NCBI GenBank assembly: GCA_977017575.1
Contig: CDRNVI010000003.1
Coordinates: 310,001 to 374,000, forward strand
DNA length: 64,000 nucleotides
Origin: Paramoeba atlantica
Taxonomy: Eukaryota; Protista; Discosea
Direction: 5' to 3'
In this document: positions 20,766 through 31,061 of the stretch, one piece after another
How the letters are laid out: every line of letters begins with the position of its first letter
How positions within the stretch are numbered: the first letter of the stretch is position 1
Made by a program: the position numbers and the translations under genes
The notes under the pieces: generated by a model
The model's input: only the letters and a program-made list of their open reading frames with translations
Databases searched by the model: none
Told to the model about the DNA's origin: nothing

Positions 20766-22877
20766 TTAAGGCCCTGCAATAAAGGCGTACATATCCTCTA
20801 TGCATTCACGGTATCGACTATCGATTTCTCTACGCTTCAATTTCATTGCAGCTGTCAAAGCCCCATTTTCGGGTGTCCATTCCTCTTCCGGGATACCACC
20901 GAAATATACGCTTCTTAGAAGCTCAAAAGACTTCTTCCCCGCACCTTTAGCTGTTTCATTCAAACTGATTAACGCTCGGCGCAAAAATTCAGAATCCTTC
21001 AGAATATCAGGATATGATCCACCAATTTTATGCTTTCGGGCAAATGCCTTTGCTTTAGATTCATCGGTCAGTGCTACAGCCACAATGTGCGGCTGGTGCT
21101 CATTCACGCATATACAAATTCCGTTCGGGATAACGAGCTCGTTGATTGCATACGTAGCCTCAAGAGCCTCCAGTGCGATGTACTCGCCATGCGAGTTCTT
21201 TGCGAGTGCTTTTACTCTACCAATAATCCGCAACGTGCCGTCCTCTGCCCACTCGCCGACATCTCCAGTTGCGAACCACTTGTTCGGGAGGTACACCTCT
21301 TGTGTCATCTCTGGTTGCTTGTAGTACCCGAGCGTAATGTTCGGCCCACGAATGAGTATCTCCCCCTGGGGAGGGTTGTGACTGGACGTCCACACGTCAA
21401 CATCCCGCAGTTTGACCTCAATCGCAGAGGTGAGCCCTCCCACATTTTCTTTTTGTAAGTCCCAGAACCGTTGAATCGTCGTGATGGCGACGGTCTCCGT
21501 GAGTCCGTAGCCCTGACCCACGGGGACACCAAACACCACCGTGAGGAACTCATGCGTCGACGCGCTAAGCGGGGCACCCCCACAGATAATCATCTTTACC
21601 CGGCCCCCTAGAACGGACCGGATTTTTTGAAACACTTTGGTGTTCCAGTACGGGGTGTCGTAGCCTCGCGTCAGGGCCTCCCTGCGGTCGTCATAGGCCC
21701 GGTCATAGATACACCGACGGAGGGAACCCTTGGGGGGTAGTTTCGCCTCCACGGCTTTTTTTATGGTATCAAAAATACGTGGTACCCCGACAATCATATG
21801 GGGCTTGTACTCCTCCAGATCACCATGGGGGATTGTATAAGTGTTGGTGAGCGTGCGTGGGTGGCCATAGCACACCATCGAGCCTCGACTGAACAGCACG
21901 TTCTCCGCCGTGAGCTCAAGGATATGGGCCAGGGGGAGATAGGCAATGTAGGACTCCTCCGGTCCAGGTTGCTTCCCCAGCATGGGCGTCACCCGTCGCT
22001 CCAAAATGGTGACCCCGCTGAGTAGGTTTCGATGCGTCATCATTACCCCTTTTGGCTCTCCGGTGGTCCCGGAGGTGTACATAATCATCGCGAGCTCATG
22101 TGAAAGAGGGGAGAGGGAAGGGTGGGAGCACTGCGTGCGCTGTCCCTTACGTAGGAGGTCCGCAAACAGGACGACCTCAACGTTGGGAGGCAGTGCGGTG
22201 CCTGGTGGGGGAGCCTCGAAGGCAATAAGGTAGCGAAGCGACGGCATGCCCCCTAAAGAGGCGAGATGATGGATATTTTTCTGACCGACAAAGATTGCTG
22301 AGAGCTCGGCTTCTTGAATGGCGTGCTGCAGAGCACTCGTGCCTAGGTTGGCGTACACAGTGACAGCCACTGCGCGTTGTGTCCACATACCATAAAGCGA
22401 GACTATCCACTCCCAACGCGTTTCCTCATAAATTCCCACGCGGCAATTTTGCCCCGTGAGGCCCAGACTGGCCAGGCCGGCGCCAAGAGTTTCGATTTTT
22501 TCCCAAAAATCCACGAAAGACAAGTAACATGTCTCTCCCAAGCGCACGTATGTCATGTCCTTTACGCGTCCGTTGTCATCCGTGATAGGCTTCTTGAGCT
22601 CCTCCAACCAGGGACGGTACGCAATCGCGCGCCGCTCTCCAAATTTCTCACAAGCGCTCTGTATGATTCCAAGAAGAGAGGAATGCTCCAGGCCAAGCAT
22701 TGTCGCTTCATCGGTTTCAGAGAAAGAGGGAGAACGACGTATGGGCCCGTGACCCACACCCCCATCGCCGATTTCAACGGATTGGTGTTCCATTTTGCGA
22801 ATGTCCATGAGATCAGGGATTGGCACTTCGCTGATCTTGTTACGGTAGCTCATGCATGACGAAACGCAGCCTCCCAT
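20766..22877 (-). CDS. Long-chain fatty acyl-CoA synthetase
   Basis: IMYTSGTTGEPKG, GQGYGLTET, FATGDVG, IIGRVK; likely start MGGCVSSC (myristoylation/palmitoylation-like); ORF is open to 22931. Confidence 0.95.
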   Translation of the reverse strand: MGGCVSSCMSYRNKISEVPIPDLMDIRKMEHQSVEIGDGGVGHGPIRRSPSFSETDEATMLGLEHSSLLGIIQSACEKFGERRAIAYRPWLEELKKPITDDNGRVKDMTYVRLGETCYLSFVDFWEKIETLGAGLASLGLTGQNCRVGIYEETRWEWIVSLYGMWTQRAVAVTVYANLGTSALQHAIQEAELSAIFVGQKNIHHLASLGGMPSLRYLIAFEAPPPGTALPPNVEVVLFADLLRKGQRTQCSHPSLSPLSHELAMIMYTSGTTGEPKGVMMTHRNLLSGVTILERRVTPMLGKQPGPEESYIAYLPLAHILELTAENVLFSRGSMVCYGHPRTLTNTYTIPHGDLEEYKPHMIVGVPRIFDTIKKAVEAKLPPKGSLRRCIYDRAYDDRREALTRGYDTPYWNTKVFQKIRSVLGGRVKMIICGGAPLSASTHEFLTVVFGVPVGQGYGLTETVAITTIQRFWDLQKENVGGLTSAIEVKLRDVDVWTSSHNPPQGEILIRGPNITLGYYKQPEMTQEVYLPNKWFATGDVGEWAEDGTLRIIGRVKALAKNSHGEYIALEALEATYAINELVIPNGICICVNEHQPHIVAVALTDESKAKAFARKHKIGGSYPDILKDSEFLRRALISLNETAKGAGKKSFELLRSVYFGGIPEEEWTPENGALTAAMKLKRREIDSRYRECIEDMYAFIAGP

Positions 22878-23063
22878 TTTGAAGAGCAAAAAGTAAAATG
22901 TACGGTGTAGAGAAAAGTTGTCAAGATACAAGGCAAATCGACAGTATACAATGTGAATCTACTACAAGTGAATCTACTTCAAGTAAAGAGGGGCTCCTCT
23001 TGAAGTATAAAGAGATGGGGGGTGACATGTATCTGTGTTGATCGGCAGAATAATTTTCTAATA

Positions 23064-23180
23064 ATTTCTTTTTTAGGCTCTTCGTTAAACGCGGTGGTTG
23101 GTTTCAACTTAGAAGTCACTCATGCTGTGCGCTTCGCGTTGAAAACTACCTCCGCGTTTAACGAAGAGCCAAAAAAGAAA
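23064..23180. repeat. Intergenic fold-back: perfect 19-bp arms with imperfect extensions
   Basis: GGCTCTTCGTTAAACGCGG (23076-94) / CCGCGTTTAACGAAGAGCC (23152-70). Confidence 0.9.
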
Positions 23181-23878
23181 AATCGCCAAAAGGTCATGAA
23201 TAATTTATTTTTTGGATGAAAAAGCTCGATTTTTTGGTGAAAAAATTGCGAAATTTTACTCCGAATTTGGGCCGTTTTTGATGCCTTACCAGTAGGGGTA
23301 GGAGGCGAATCTCTCGAAACAAACGTCGTAGAATGGTAGCTGAGGTCCACAACTCTTAAAATACGTTTTAGGAGTCGATTTTGGAAAATAATACTTTTTA
23401 CTTTTTTCAAGTTGTTTTTTGGTCATCCCTAAAATTTCGGAAATTTTGACCTTGTCGGACCCCTCCTGCGCGTACCAGGGGGGGTACCCCCAGGTGGGGG
23501 GTGGCGCGGCATACTCTAATACTTCCCTGCGCTCGATTTTGAAAAGCAAAAAATTCGAAAAAAAATTCGCGAGGTATGCCCCCACTGGACCCCCCATTAT
23601 TTTCAATTTTGGACCACCGGAGCCCCTTTTATATTTTTTTCTTCTATTATGTTACTGTGTTCCTCTTATATTTTCACTGTTTTTGTTCACTTTTTTTTCT
23701 AATAATTGAGGGTAGAGCGGTAGTTATACAACCACCGCAATATGACAGAATACTTTTAAATTGGAGATGCCCCCCTATACCACTACAGTATAGTGACTTT
23801 GTATACATGCAACATAATTCTTTGACCCCAAAGTGCATATCGCAAGGATTCATGCTTGACATGAGAAATCTCAAAATG

Positions 23879-24517
23879 TTAATAGATTTGGACACACCTA
23901 GGAACAGAGCCGTTAATGTCCAATCCTTTAGAGATTGTCAGTTTTTGCAGTGATTTCGGAAGAGCATCGAATGACACCTTTCCAGAGAACTGATTTCCCC
24001 GCAAACTAAGTGTCTGAAGATGTGGTGGTAAGGCGTTTAAGCAAAGAGGTCCTTCAAAATTGTTATCTCTTAATCCGAGAAAACGCAAAGATGGGGGGAG
24101 GCGCTCTGCGTCAAAAGTGCCAGAAAATGAGTTCCCAGAGAGCGCAAGCGATTGCAGCTCGTGATGTAAGGCCGCGAAGTTTACACATCCCGTTAGATAA
24201 TTATAGTGTGTTAATCCAAATTTGCTGTACACGCCAAGGTTCAATGTCGTAAACATTTCTGGGAGACAACCCCAATCAGGAATCGTACCCTTTAACTTTC
24301 GACCGAACCAAAGAATTTGCCAATCATCTGTGAATGGGTTGCGTTGAATCCCTTCCCACTGATCCGGCGAGTTGTCCTCATGCCACGATGCCGAGGGGTT
24401 CGATATGTTTTGTATAAATCGTGCAAGTCGGAATGAAGGGGGGAGTGATTGGAGACGTACTCGAGCGACTCGGGTGTTGGAGTTCGATGCGTCAACGCAA
24501 GTAATAAGCATGTTCAA
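23879..24517 (-). CDS. Short LRR protein (family member 2)
   Basis: WEGI N-cap, LP..L..L.L..N.FSG repeats. Confidence 0.85.
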   Translation of the reverse strand: MNMLITCVDASNSNTRVARVRLQSLPPSFRLARFIQNISNPSASWHEDNSPDQWEGIQRNPFTDDWQILWFGRKLKGTIPDWGCLPEMFTTLNLGVYSKFGLTHYNYLTGCVNFAALHHELQSLALSGNSFSGTFDAERLPPSLRFLGLRDNNFEGPLCLNALPPHLQTLSLRGNQFSGKVSFDALPKSLQKLTISKGLDINGSVPRCVQIY

Positions 24518-24568
24518 ATGTTGTTATGTTGAAAACAGATAGAACCTACCGCCAAAACTATTCAATTA

Positions 24569-25830
24569 CTGTCCCCCCGTTTAAGCGCACCGGTTCTGCC
24601 CCCCACCCGTTTACGCGCACATTTTGGAAACGAAATTTCCTCGTATGTTTCTGTCAAACAGATAACATACATCTGTCAAACAGATAACTAGGGGGGGTAG
24701 GGGTGTGACAGATAACTAGGGGGGGGGTCCGACATAAAAAAAGGCAGAGCATGTAATTACAGAAACGGTATAAAATAGCATCACGCACGATCATTCGCTT
24801 GAAACACAAAAAGAAAAAATGTAAGTTTCGTTTTAAGAGTTTTTTGGAAAAAAAGTAATTTACCTATTTTTAAAAGGTGATAGATAACCAGGGGGGATCG
24901 ACGAAAAAAGGAATCGAAGCGCCAAAAAGTGACAGATAACTAGTCGACGAAAAAAGGAATCGAAGCGCCAAAAAGTGACAGATAACTAGTCGACGAAAAA
25001 AGGAATCGAAGCGCCAAAAAGTGACAGATAACTAGTGGGAGTGACGTGTGACAGATAACTAGTGGGGGTGACGTGTGACAGATAACTAGGGGGGGTACAG
25101 TAACTTATTGTGTATTTTATCTTCTATAGAAGCTTGTATATCTTAATGATAATCTTAATTATTTTCATCTTTAGTAATCTTATAATACGTATATGTAGAA
25201 TCGATTTCTCTTTTTCGTTTTTGAATAATGCCCACCCTTGATTCATGGATAACCTTTCGGCGTCCATTGCCGAGGGTTAGTGAAGTCGTTGTACGAAGTC
25301 AAAGCTCATCCAACCTAGCAGAACCCTCGCCTCCAAGGAAAATCGCCGATTCGACTACGAAGAAAACTATTCCTAAAGGTTCTGATACCCATGCCCCCAC
25401 AAAGCGAAATCGCTTGGAGATTTGCCGCTCCCCTCTAAGCGTAACTCAGCTACACAAATGTATGTCACAAATGCGGAACAACAAGATGGACGATTATGAG
25501 GACGAAAAGCAAAGGTGGGGCTCACTACCATGCTCACATAAATCGAGGGGGACGGGATAGAAAGCGGGAGCGTGCTTTTAACAGCGAGCGTCAGTTGGCC
25601 AAGGAGAAAGTGAATGACAAAATGGTAAAGACCGTGGACGGGAAATTTGCCTTCACGAAGCAGTTTGTCTTCGAGCCTATGGAGAAGCATGGCGCTCTTA
25701 AGGAATCCTTGTAGGAAAAAGCGAAGGAAGCGTAATTTGTTTTTCGGGGTGGTGGTGATAGAATGCGTCAGAGCCCCCCTTTAAGCGTACTTTTCACGAA
25801 AAGTGAGGTGCGCTTAAACGGGGGGGGGAG
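24569..25830. mobile_element. Non-autonomous TA-flanked TIR element (Tc1/pogo-like), 1262 bp
   Basis: TA|CTGTCCCCCCGTTTAAGCGCACC ... GGTGCGCTTAAACGGGGGGGGGAG|TA; an extra internal right-end-like motif GGGGGGGTACAG|TA at 25089-25102. Confidence 0.8.
24651..25095 (+). repeat. Subterminal repeats: CAGATAAC motif cluster including three exact 46-bp tandem units
   Basis: TCGACGAAAAAAGGAATCGAAGCGCCAAAAAGTGACAGATAACTAG at 24898, 24944, 24990; further CAGATAAC copies flank them. Confidence 0.9.
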
Positions 25831-26445
25831 TATTCATAACTTATAAGTATTTATTGTCGGAGCTATGAAAGTTCTAATGCAAAATTACGGTAGATTAATT
25901 GTTGACAAAGTGATGTGGCCTCCGCTTATTTTTCACCACGACAATGAGCACCGCACTCGTTCGGGGCACAAGAATCAGCGTTGCGCTGCATGACTAAGCT
26001 TCTACCTTTCTCGGTGCGATTTCCGGCGTGGTACATTTATGACTTCCCTTTTATCAAACCCCTGTAACTCTTGAGTAGGGGGAACTATCATACTTTGGCG
26101 AGTACGGTGAGTACTTAAAAAGGATGGAACATGTACGTGATCTAGAGAAAACTCGCTGTACTCGGTTTAAGTATGAAGTATAGACTGTGCTTGCGGAAAC
26201 TTCTTTTCTATAATAGAAGATTCTTATAAATAGAAGATAAGAATGCAGCGCTCTCAGCAAAGCAAATGATATTATGATAGATGGAAAAAGAATCTAAGAA
26301 TTTTCCGATAGCAACACAAAAAGAAACGAATCAAAATTATTTAAGGTACAACTTTTCAGTTCCTGTTATCGAGCGGGTAAACGTGGGTAAGGCGGGTAAA
26401 CGGGTAATTTACCCGGGTAAATACCCATTTATTCACTGGTCGAGG

Positions 26446-26525
26446 GCCGCTCCGTAACTCCGCATTACCCAGTCCCAAGCCTGGGGAAGGTCTTCGCTAA
26501 GGCCGGGGGAGGAGGGAGGAGAGGC
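26446..26525 (+). ncRNA. Twister self-cleaving ribozyme (type P1, with P5 hairpin); predicted cut between U26455 and A26456
   Basis: P1 GCC.CTCC/GGAG.GGC; UAA; P2 CTCC/GGAG; T2 GC/GC; P4 CCCAG/CTGGG closing loop TCCCAAGC; P5 GGTCTT-cgct-AAGGCC; conserved GA followed by GGG (T1 with CCC). Confidence 0.85.
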
Positions 26526-26625
26526 GTTAAGGATTTTTACTTCGAATTGGCAGACATACAGTGTAGTTCATCAACATGTGGCTGATTGGCGTCGCTCATG
26601 TTTATGTTCCGACCTGAGAAATATT

Positions 26626-27660
26626 GGATCTGTGGTACGTTAATTGGCTCTGTGTGGCCCGTTTGTTGGATCTGTGCGATCCGGTTGTTGGATCTGTGTG
26701 GTGCGTTGATTGGATCTGCGTGATTCGTTGATTGGATCTATGTGGTCCGTTGATTGGATCTGCGTGGTCCGTTTATTGGATCTGTGAGGTTGGTTGTTGG
26801 ATCTGTGTGGTCCGTTGATTGGATCTGTGTGGTCCGTTTGTTGTATCTGTGTGGTCCGTTTGTTGGATCTGTGTGGTCCGTTGATTGGATCTGTGTGATA
26901 CGTTGATTGGATCTGTGTGGTCCGTTGATTGGGTCTGTGCGGTCCGTTTGCTGGATCTGTGTGATCCGTTTGTTGGATCTGTGTGGTCCGTTGATTGGAT
27001 CTATGTGGTCCGTTTGTTGGATCTGTGCGGTCCGTTGATTGGATCTATGTGGTCCGTTGATTGGATCTGTGTGATTCGTTTGTTGGATCTGTATTGTCCG
27101 TTTATTGGATCTGTGCGGTTGGTTGTTGGATCTGTGTGGTCCGTTGATTGGATCTATGTGGTCCGTTTGTTGGATCTGTGTGGTCCGTTTATTGGATCTG
27201 TGCGGTCCGTTGATTGGATCTATGTGGTCCGTTGATTGGATCTGTGTGGTCCGTTGATTGGATCTGTGTGGTCCGTTGATTGGATCTACATGTTGTATGT
27301 GGTCCGTTTGTTGGATCTGTGTGGTCCGTTTGTTGGATCTTCGTGGTCCGTTGATTGGATCTATGTGGTCCGTTAATTGGATCTGTGTGGTCCGTTAGTT
27401 GGATCTGTATTGTCAGTTTATTGGATCTGTTCGGTTGGTTGTTGGATTTGGGTGGTCCGTTGATTGGATCTGCGTGATACGTTTATTGGATCTGTGTGGT
27501 CCGTTGATTAGACCGGTGTGGTCGTTGATTGGATCTGTGTGGTCCGTTTGTTGGATCTGTGTGGTCCGTTTATGGGGTCTATGTGATCCGTTTGTTGGAT
27601 CTGTGTAGTGGCTCATTGCAGGAGAGTGTCCGATGTGGGATCTGTGGGGTCCGTTGGATC
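26626..27660 (+). repeat. Tandem array of about 45-47 degenerate 22-nt units (consensus GATTGGATCTGTGTGGTCCGTT)
   Basis: GGATCT-like cores counted by eye; shorter GGTTGGTT variant units near 26780, 27110, 27425. Confidence 0.95.
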
Positions 27661-27699
27661 AGTGCGGACTGCAGGCTCGATCTGTATCCCCATGCTTGT

Positions 27700-27871
27700 A
27701 TGCGGAGTTACGGAGCGGCCCTCGACCAGTGAATAAATCGGTGTTTGACGGATCGGCCGTTAAACGGAGGTTTGTTGATGGTCGACGGCCGTGTAGTACG
27801 AGCGTTTGGGGTTGGTTAGGAGGTAGGCCTAGGTGGCAGCTGGGCCCAGCACTCCCCGTTCCGGCTAAAAA
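27700..27871 (+). other. Internal complementary region (ICR) of the YR retroelement
   Basis: 27700-27738 is the exact reverse complement of 26427-26465 (39/39); 27734-27871 is the reverse complement of 31802-31940 (3 substitutions, 1 indel); the two halves share TAAAT. Confidence 0.9.
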
Positions 27872-28153
27872 TATATATATATACATGTATATATATACAT
27901 GTTGTATATAGGAAGGAATTAAGTACACTATTGAGGAGGAAAGTTATCAAAATAGTACTAGTAGCAAGAGTTGGAATGCCGTGCTTCCATCTATTTAACG
28001 TAGCAAGATCTCACACGCGCTCCTACGTGATATTTGACCTAAGTTTGTTGGGACTGTTTTTAGAGATTCTCCACCTAAAGGATAGATCTAGAAATTCTGT
28101 ATCACTGTTTAGTTTTATAGCGAACTACACTCTGTATAAAATTTGTTTATTTC

Positions 28154-29119
28154 GTGCTTATGAGCTCTAAGCGAAAGCGTACTCCCGTGGAAGAACCTAG
28201 GACTACATTAGAAGGTTCTGATTCGAATGTGGTAAACACAGTTTTTCGAGAGATATCAAAAGCGATCTCCCATTCTTCTGACACGAGTCGTTGCACGCAT
28301 AAGAATGATTTATGTGGCGCGATAGTGTCTGAGGTGCATGAATGGGTTGGAACCGCGGCCATTCCAAAGGCCGAAGTTTCAGATGTATTCCGCGTGAAGC
28401 TAGAAGAAGTATTTATCAAGTGTCGTCAGGGTACCTGCGACAAGGACAATAAGGAAGCCCTGGAAAGCAGAATTAGTTTCATAAAGGGCGACGAGTATTA
28501 CATGTCAATTGTTGAGGATTTTGTCGCAGACAAAGCAGGTATGAGATTCTGGCCCTCTATGCATGCGACGGACAAAGCTAAACTTTATTCCGTCCTTGTG
28601 GAACTTGCCGTTGTTCTACAGCTGCATGCTTTACCGAAAGGGCTAAGCTTTCAATGCCCTGATGCGATGTATTACGCCACCGTAATTTCTTCGGCAGCCC
28701 GAGCGGCGTATGTGGGAAAAGAAAATTTTAAGAAAAGTACACCTTCCCCTTTAGGTGAGCGGATTCTTGCGAAAAAAGTATACGAAAAAATGGACTCAGT
28801 GGAAGAAATGTCTGCTTTCGTGAACACATTAACTGCATGCACGTATAATGTTACAAAAAGTTCTTCTAATCATTTTCGACCTCTTGGTCAGTCCTTCCGC
28901 TCTTCCCGACATTCATTTTACGGTGCAGTGTCGCCGCCAAGCTGTTCGGGATGTGGGGGTAATGGACACCAAGCTAGAGAAGGGGGAGCGTGTCCAGCTT
29001 GGCGTCCACATCTCGCAAAGTGGAAGTCTCGCTCTTGCGGTGGAAATGGGCACAAAAATATGTGGTGCCCATCGGCGAGCAGCCGTGCGACTGAGGAACC
29101 AAACAAATCACTCAACTGA
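28154..29119 (+). CDS. Gag-like protein of the YR retroelement
   Basis: 321 aa; C-terminal knuckles CSGCGGNGHQAREGGAC (CX2CX4HX7C) and degenerate SCGGNGHKNMWC. Confidence 0.7.
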   Translation: MLMSSKRKRTPVEEPRTTLEGSDSNVVNTVFREISKAISHSSDTSRCTHKNDLCGAIVSEVHEWVGTAAIPKAEVSDVFRVKLEEVFIKCRQGTCDKDNKEALESRISFIKGDEYYMSIVEDFVADKAGMRFWPSMHATDKAKLYSVLVELAVVLQLHALPKGLSFQCPDAMYYATVISSAARAAYVGKENFKKSTPSPLGERILAKKVYEKMDSVEEMSAFVNTLTACTYNVTKSSSNHFRPLGQSFRSSRHSFYGAVSPPSCSGCGGNGHQAREGGACPAWRPHLAKWKSRSCGGNGHKNMWCPSASSRATEEPNKSLN

Positions 29120-29734
29120 AAAGTACGCGCCATAAACCGTACTGAAGTGTGGAACAGGATAACGTAGTGTAGACGAAGATATCTTTTAAGACATTAACTT
29201 ACTCTGTGATGGAAGTAGCACTTTTTGCTTTCTGATACATGGGAAGGCTGTATGGAGGCGCGTAAAGGCTGTGTATGTATCTAAAACATAAATATTTTAT
29301 CTAAACGTACGTGTATGTTGTTGATTGCAACTTAGAGACAAACATTAACTAAAGATTTATTTTCTGGAATGGAAGGCTTATTAAAGCTAAGGGCGTACTT
29401 TGACATTTATAGTAATGCTCAAATGGTATCTAACTCCTTATACAGTATGATGTCATTTTATTTGTACAGTAAATAGACATTGAATGCACATTCAATGTAG
29501 TAAATAAGTATTTTACGTGGTGGACAATGTTTTGTATATTTTGTTTTCTGCTGTCTTTGGTATTTTCAATGCAGCAGTCCGTATAATAATTGAACTACCC
29601 TTAGCCTATAATTGAGCTACCGTTAGTATGATAAGTCGGAAGGACATATGGGGGTACGCAATACTCAAGGGTACGTAGTTTGAGTTGGCAGTGCGCGGTG
29701 TACCAGCGTATTGTTTAGATTTTTTTAGTCTGTT

Positions 29735-30741
29735 TTGGTTATCCTGACACGTACAGTATATTTGGTTATTAGTCAACTCAAGATAAACTTTATGTACCGA
29801 AAAAACAAGAGTCGAACAGGTTTTAAGTCGACTAATATAGTTCGGGTGACAAGTACTGAAGCGTACAGTGAATTAGTGGAAAGTTCGGTGCGATGCTCTA
29901 CATCCAGGAAATATCATTCGTGCGCAAATACATTGAGAATTTTTTTGCGCACATACCGTAACCTTCCGGATACCGCACCAGTCGATATTACAAGCTTCGA
30001 AGAAAGTGAGTTTGTAGCATTTCTAGTAAATTGGAAGCGACAAGGTTTGGCTTCGCCACGCTTGTATCATGCCGCCTTGGCTCACTTCAAGCTTCAAGCG
30101 GCTAAGCGCGAAGCTTGGCTACACACACGAGAAATTCAAAAGTTAATTAAGGGAGCCGGTGTGAATGGCGAAAGAAATGAAAAAGGCGTTCTTACATGTG
30201 AAATGCTTCGTGAATTATGTAACTATATTGAAAATAGAGTTGTTCTCCCCACAACGTGTATGAGTTGTAACAAAAAAGGGATTTGTCAGAAACAGGGTCT
30301 GCGGGATATTCTTACAACAGCAATAATGCTTTTCATTGATTGCCCTATTCGGCCTGAGAATTTGCAAAATATAAAGTGGGATCATATCCAGCTATCAGAT
30401 TCAGAACTTTACTTGCCACGCACAAAAACAAAGAACGGTGGTAGCACAATTAAGTGTGGGAGAATTGTGCTTGATCGGATGAAAAATTTGCCAAAATATG
30501 ACGAGTGTTTTGTTTTAGTAACCCGAAGTGTACACGGATGCACTTGTCCAAGGTGTTAGCAGGGGCGAAAAAGCATTTTAGCTGGCCTGAATCACTTACG
30601 GTTTCTGTACATTGCTTGCGCCACACTGGGCATAGCGCTCGAAAAAATCAGGTAAGTGATCTGATAGGAGCGTTTGTGTCTGATACTACGGTTTCGACTT
30701 TTCGGCATTATACGCGCTCTAATGCCGCCAGATTAAACTGA
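29735..30741 (+). pseudogene. Tyrosine recombinase, frameshifted near 30505-30550
   Basis: First frame has an SAM-like N-domain, PIRPENL (Arg) and PRTKTK (Lys); second frame (30505-30741) has HCLRHTG and FRHYTR (Tyr). Confidence 0.85.
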
Positions 30742-31061
30742 ACGAAAATGTAAGCTTGTAGCAGAATTTGACACACAGTATAGGAGATACATACATGTAC
30801 TATGTATGTTACTGTACTATACGTGCTATGTATGGTACACTTGTATTCGGTTTAGTGCGGCTCTGATACAACTGATAAGTATAAGAGTATTCGGAAAGTA
30901 CGTGTACAAGGATAGAACCTTCACCATGCGACTCAGTCTCGCATGAAAAGCGACACAACTGTACTTTGACATTAGTTTAGGCACTACTTTTTTAACACAA
31001 TATACAGAACCAGACTTCGCGCAGTTCCTACAACACTGCTGATTTAAACGGATGGATACTC

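Noticed and set aside
23200-23650. AT/G-run-rich segment resembling transposon interior
   Set aside because: I could not find convincing TIRs or coding remnants
26626-27660. CRISPR-like array or protein-coding repeat (ORFs 26885-27235, 27399-27608, 27413-27616)
   Set aside because: Units are contiguous with no unique spacers, there are no cas genes and the context is eukaryotic; the ORFs are by-products of a low-stop repeat
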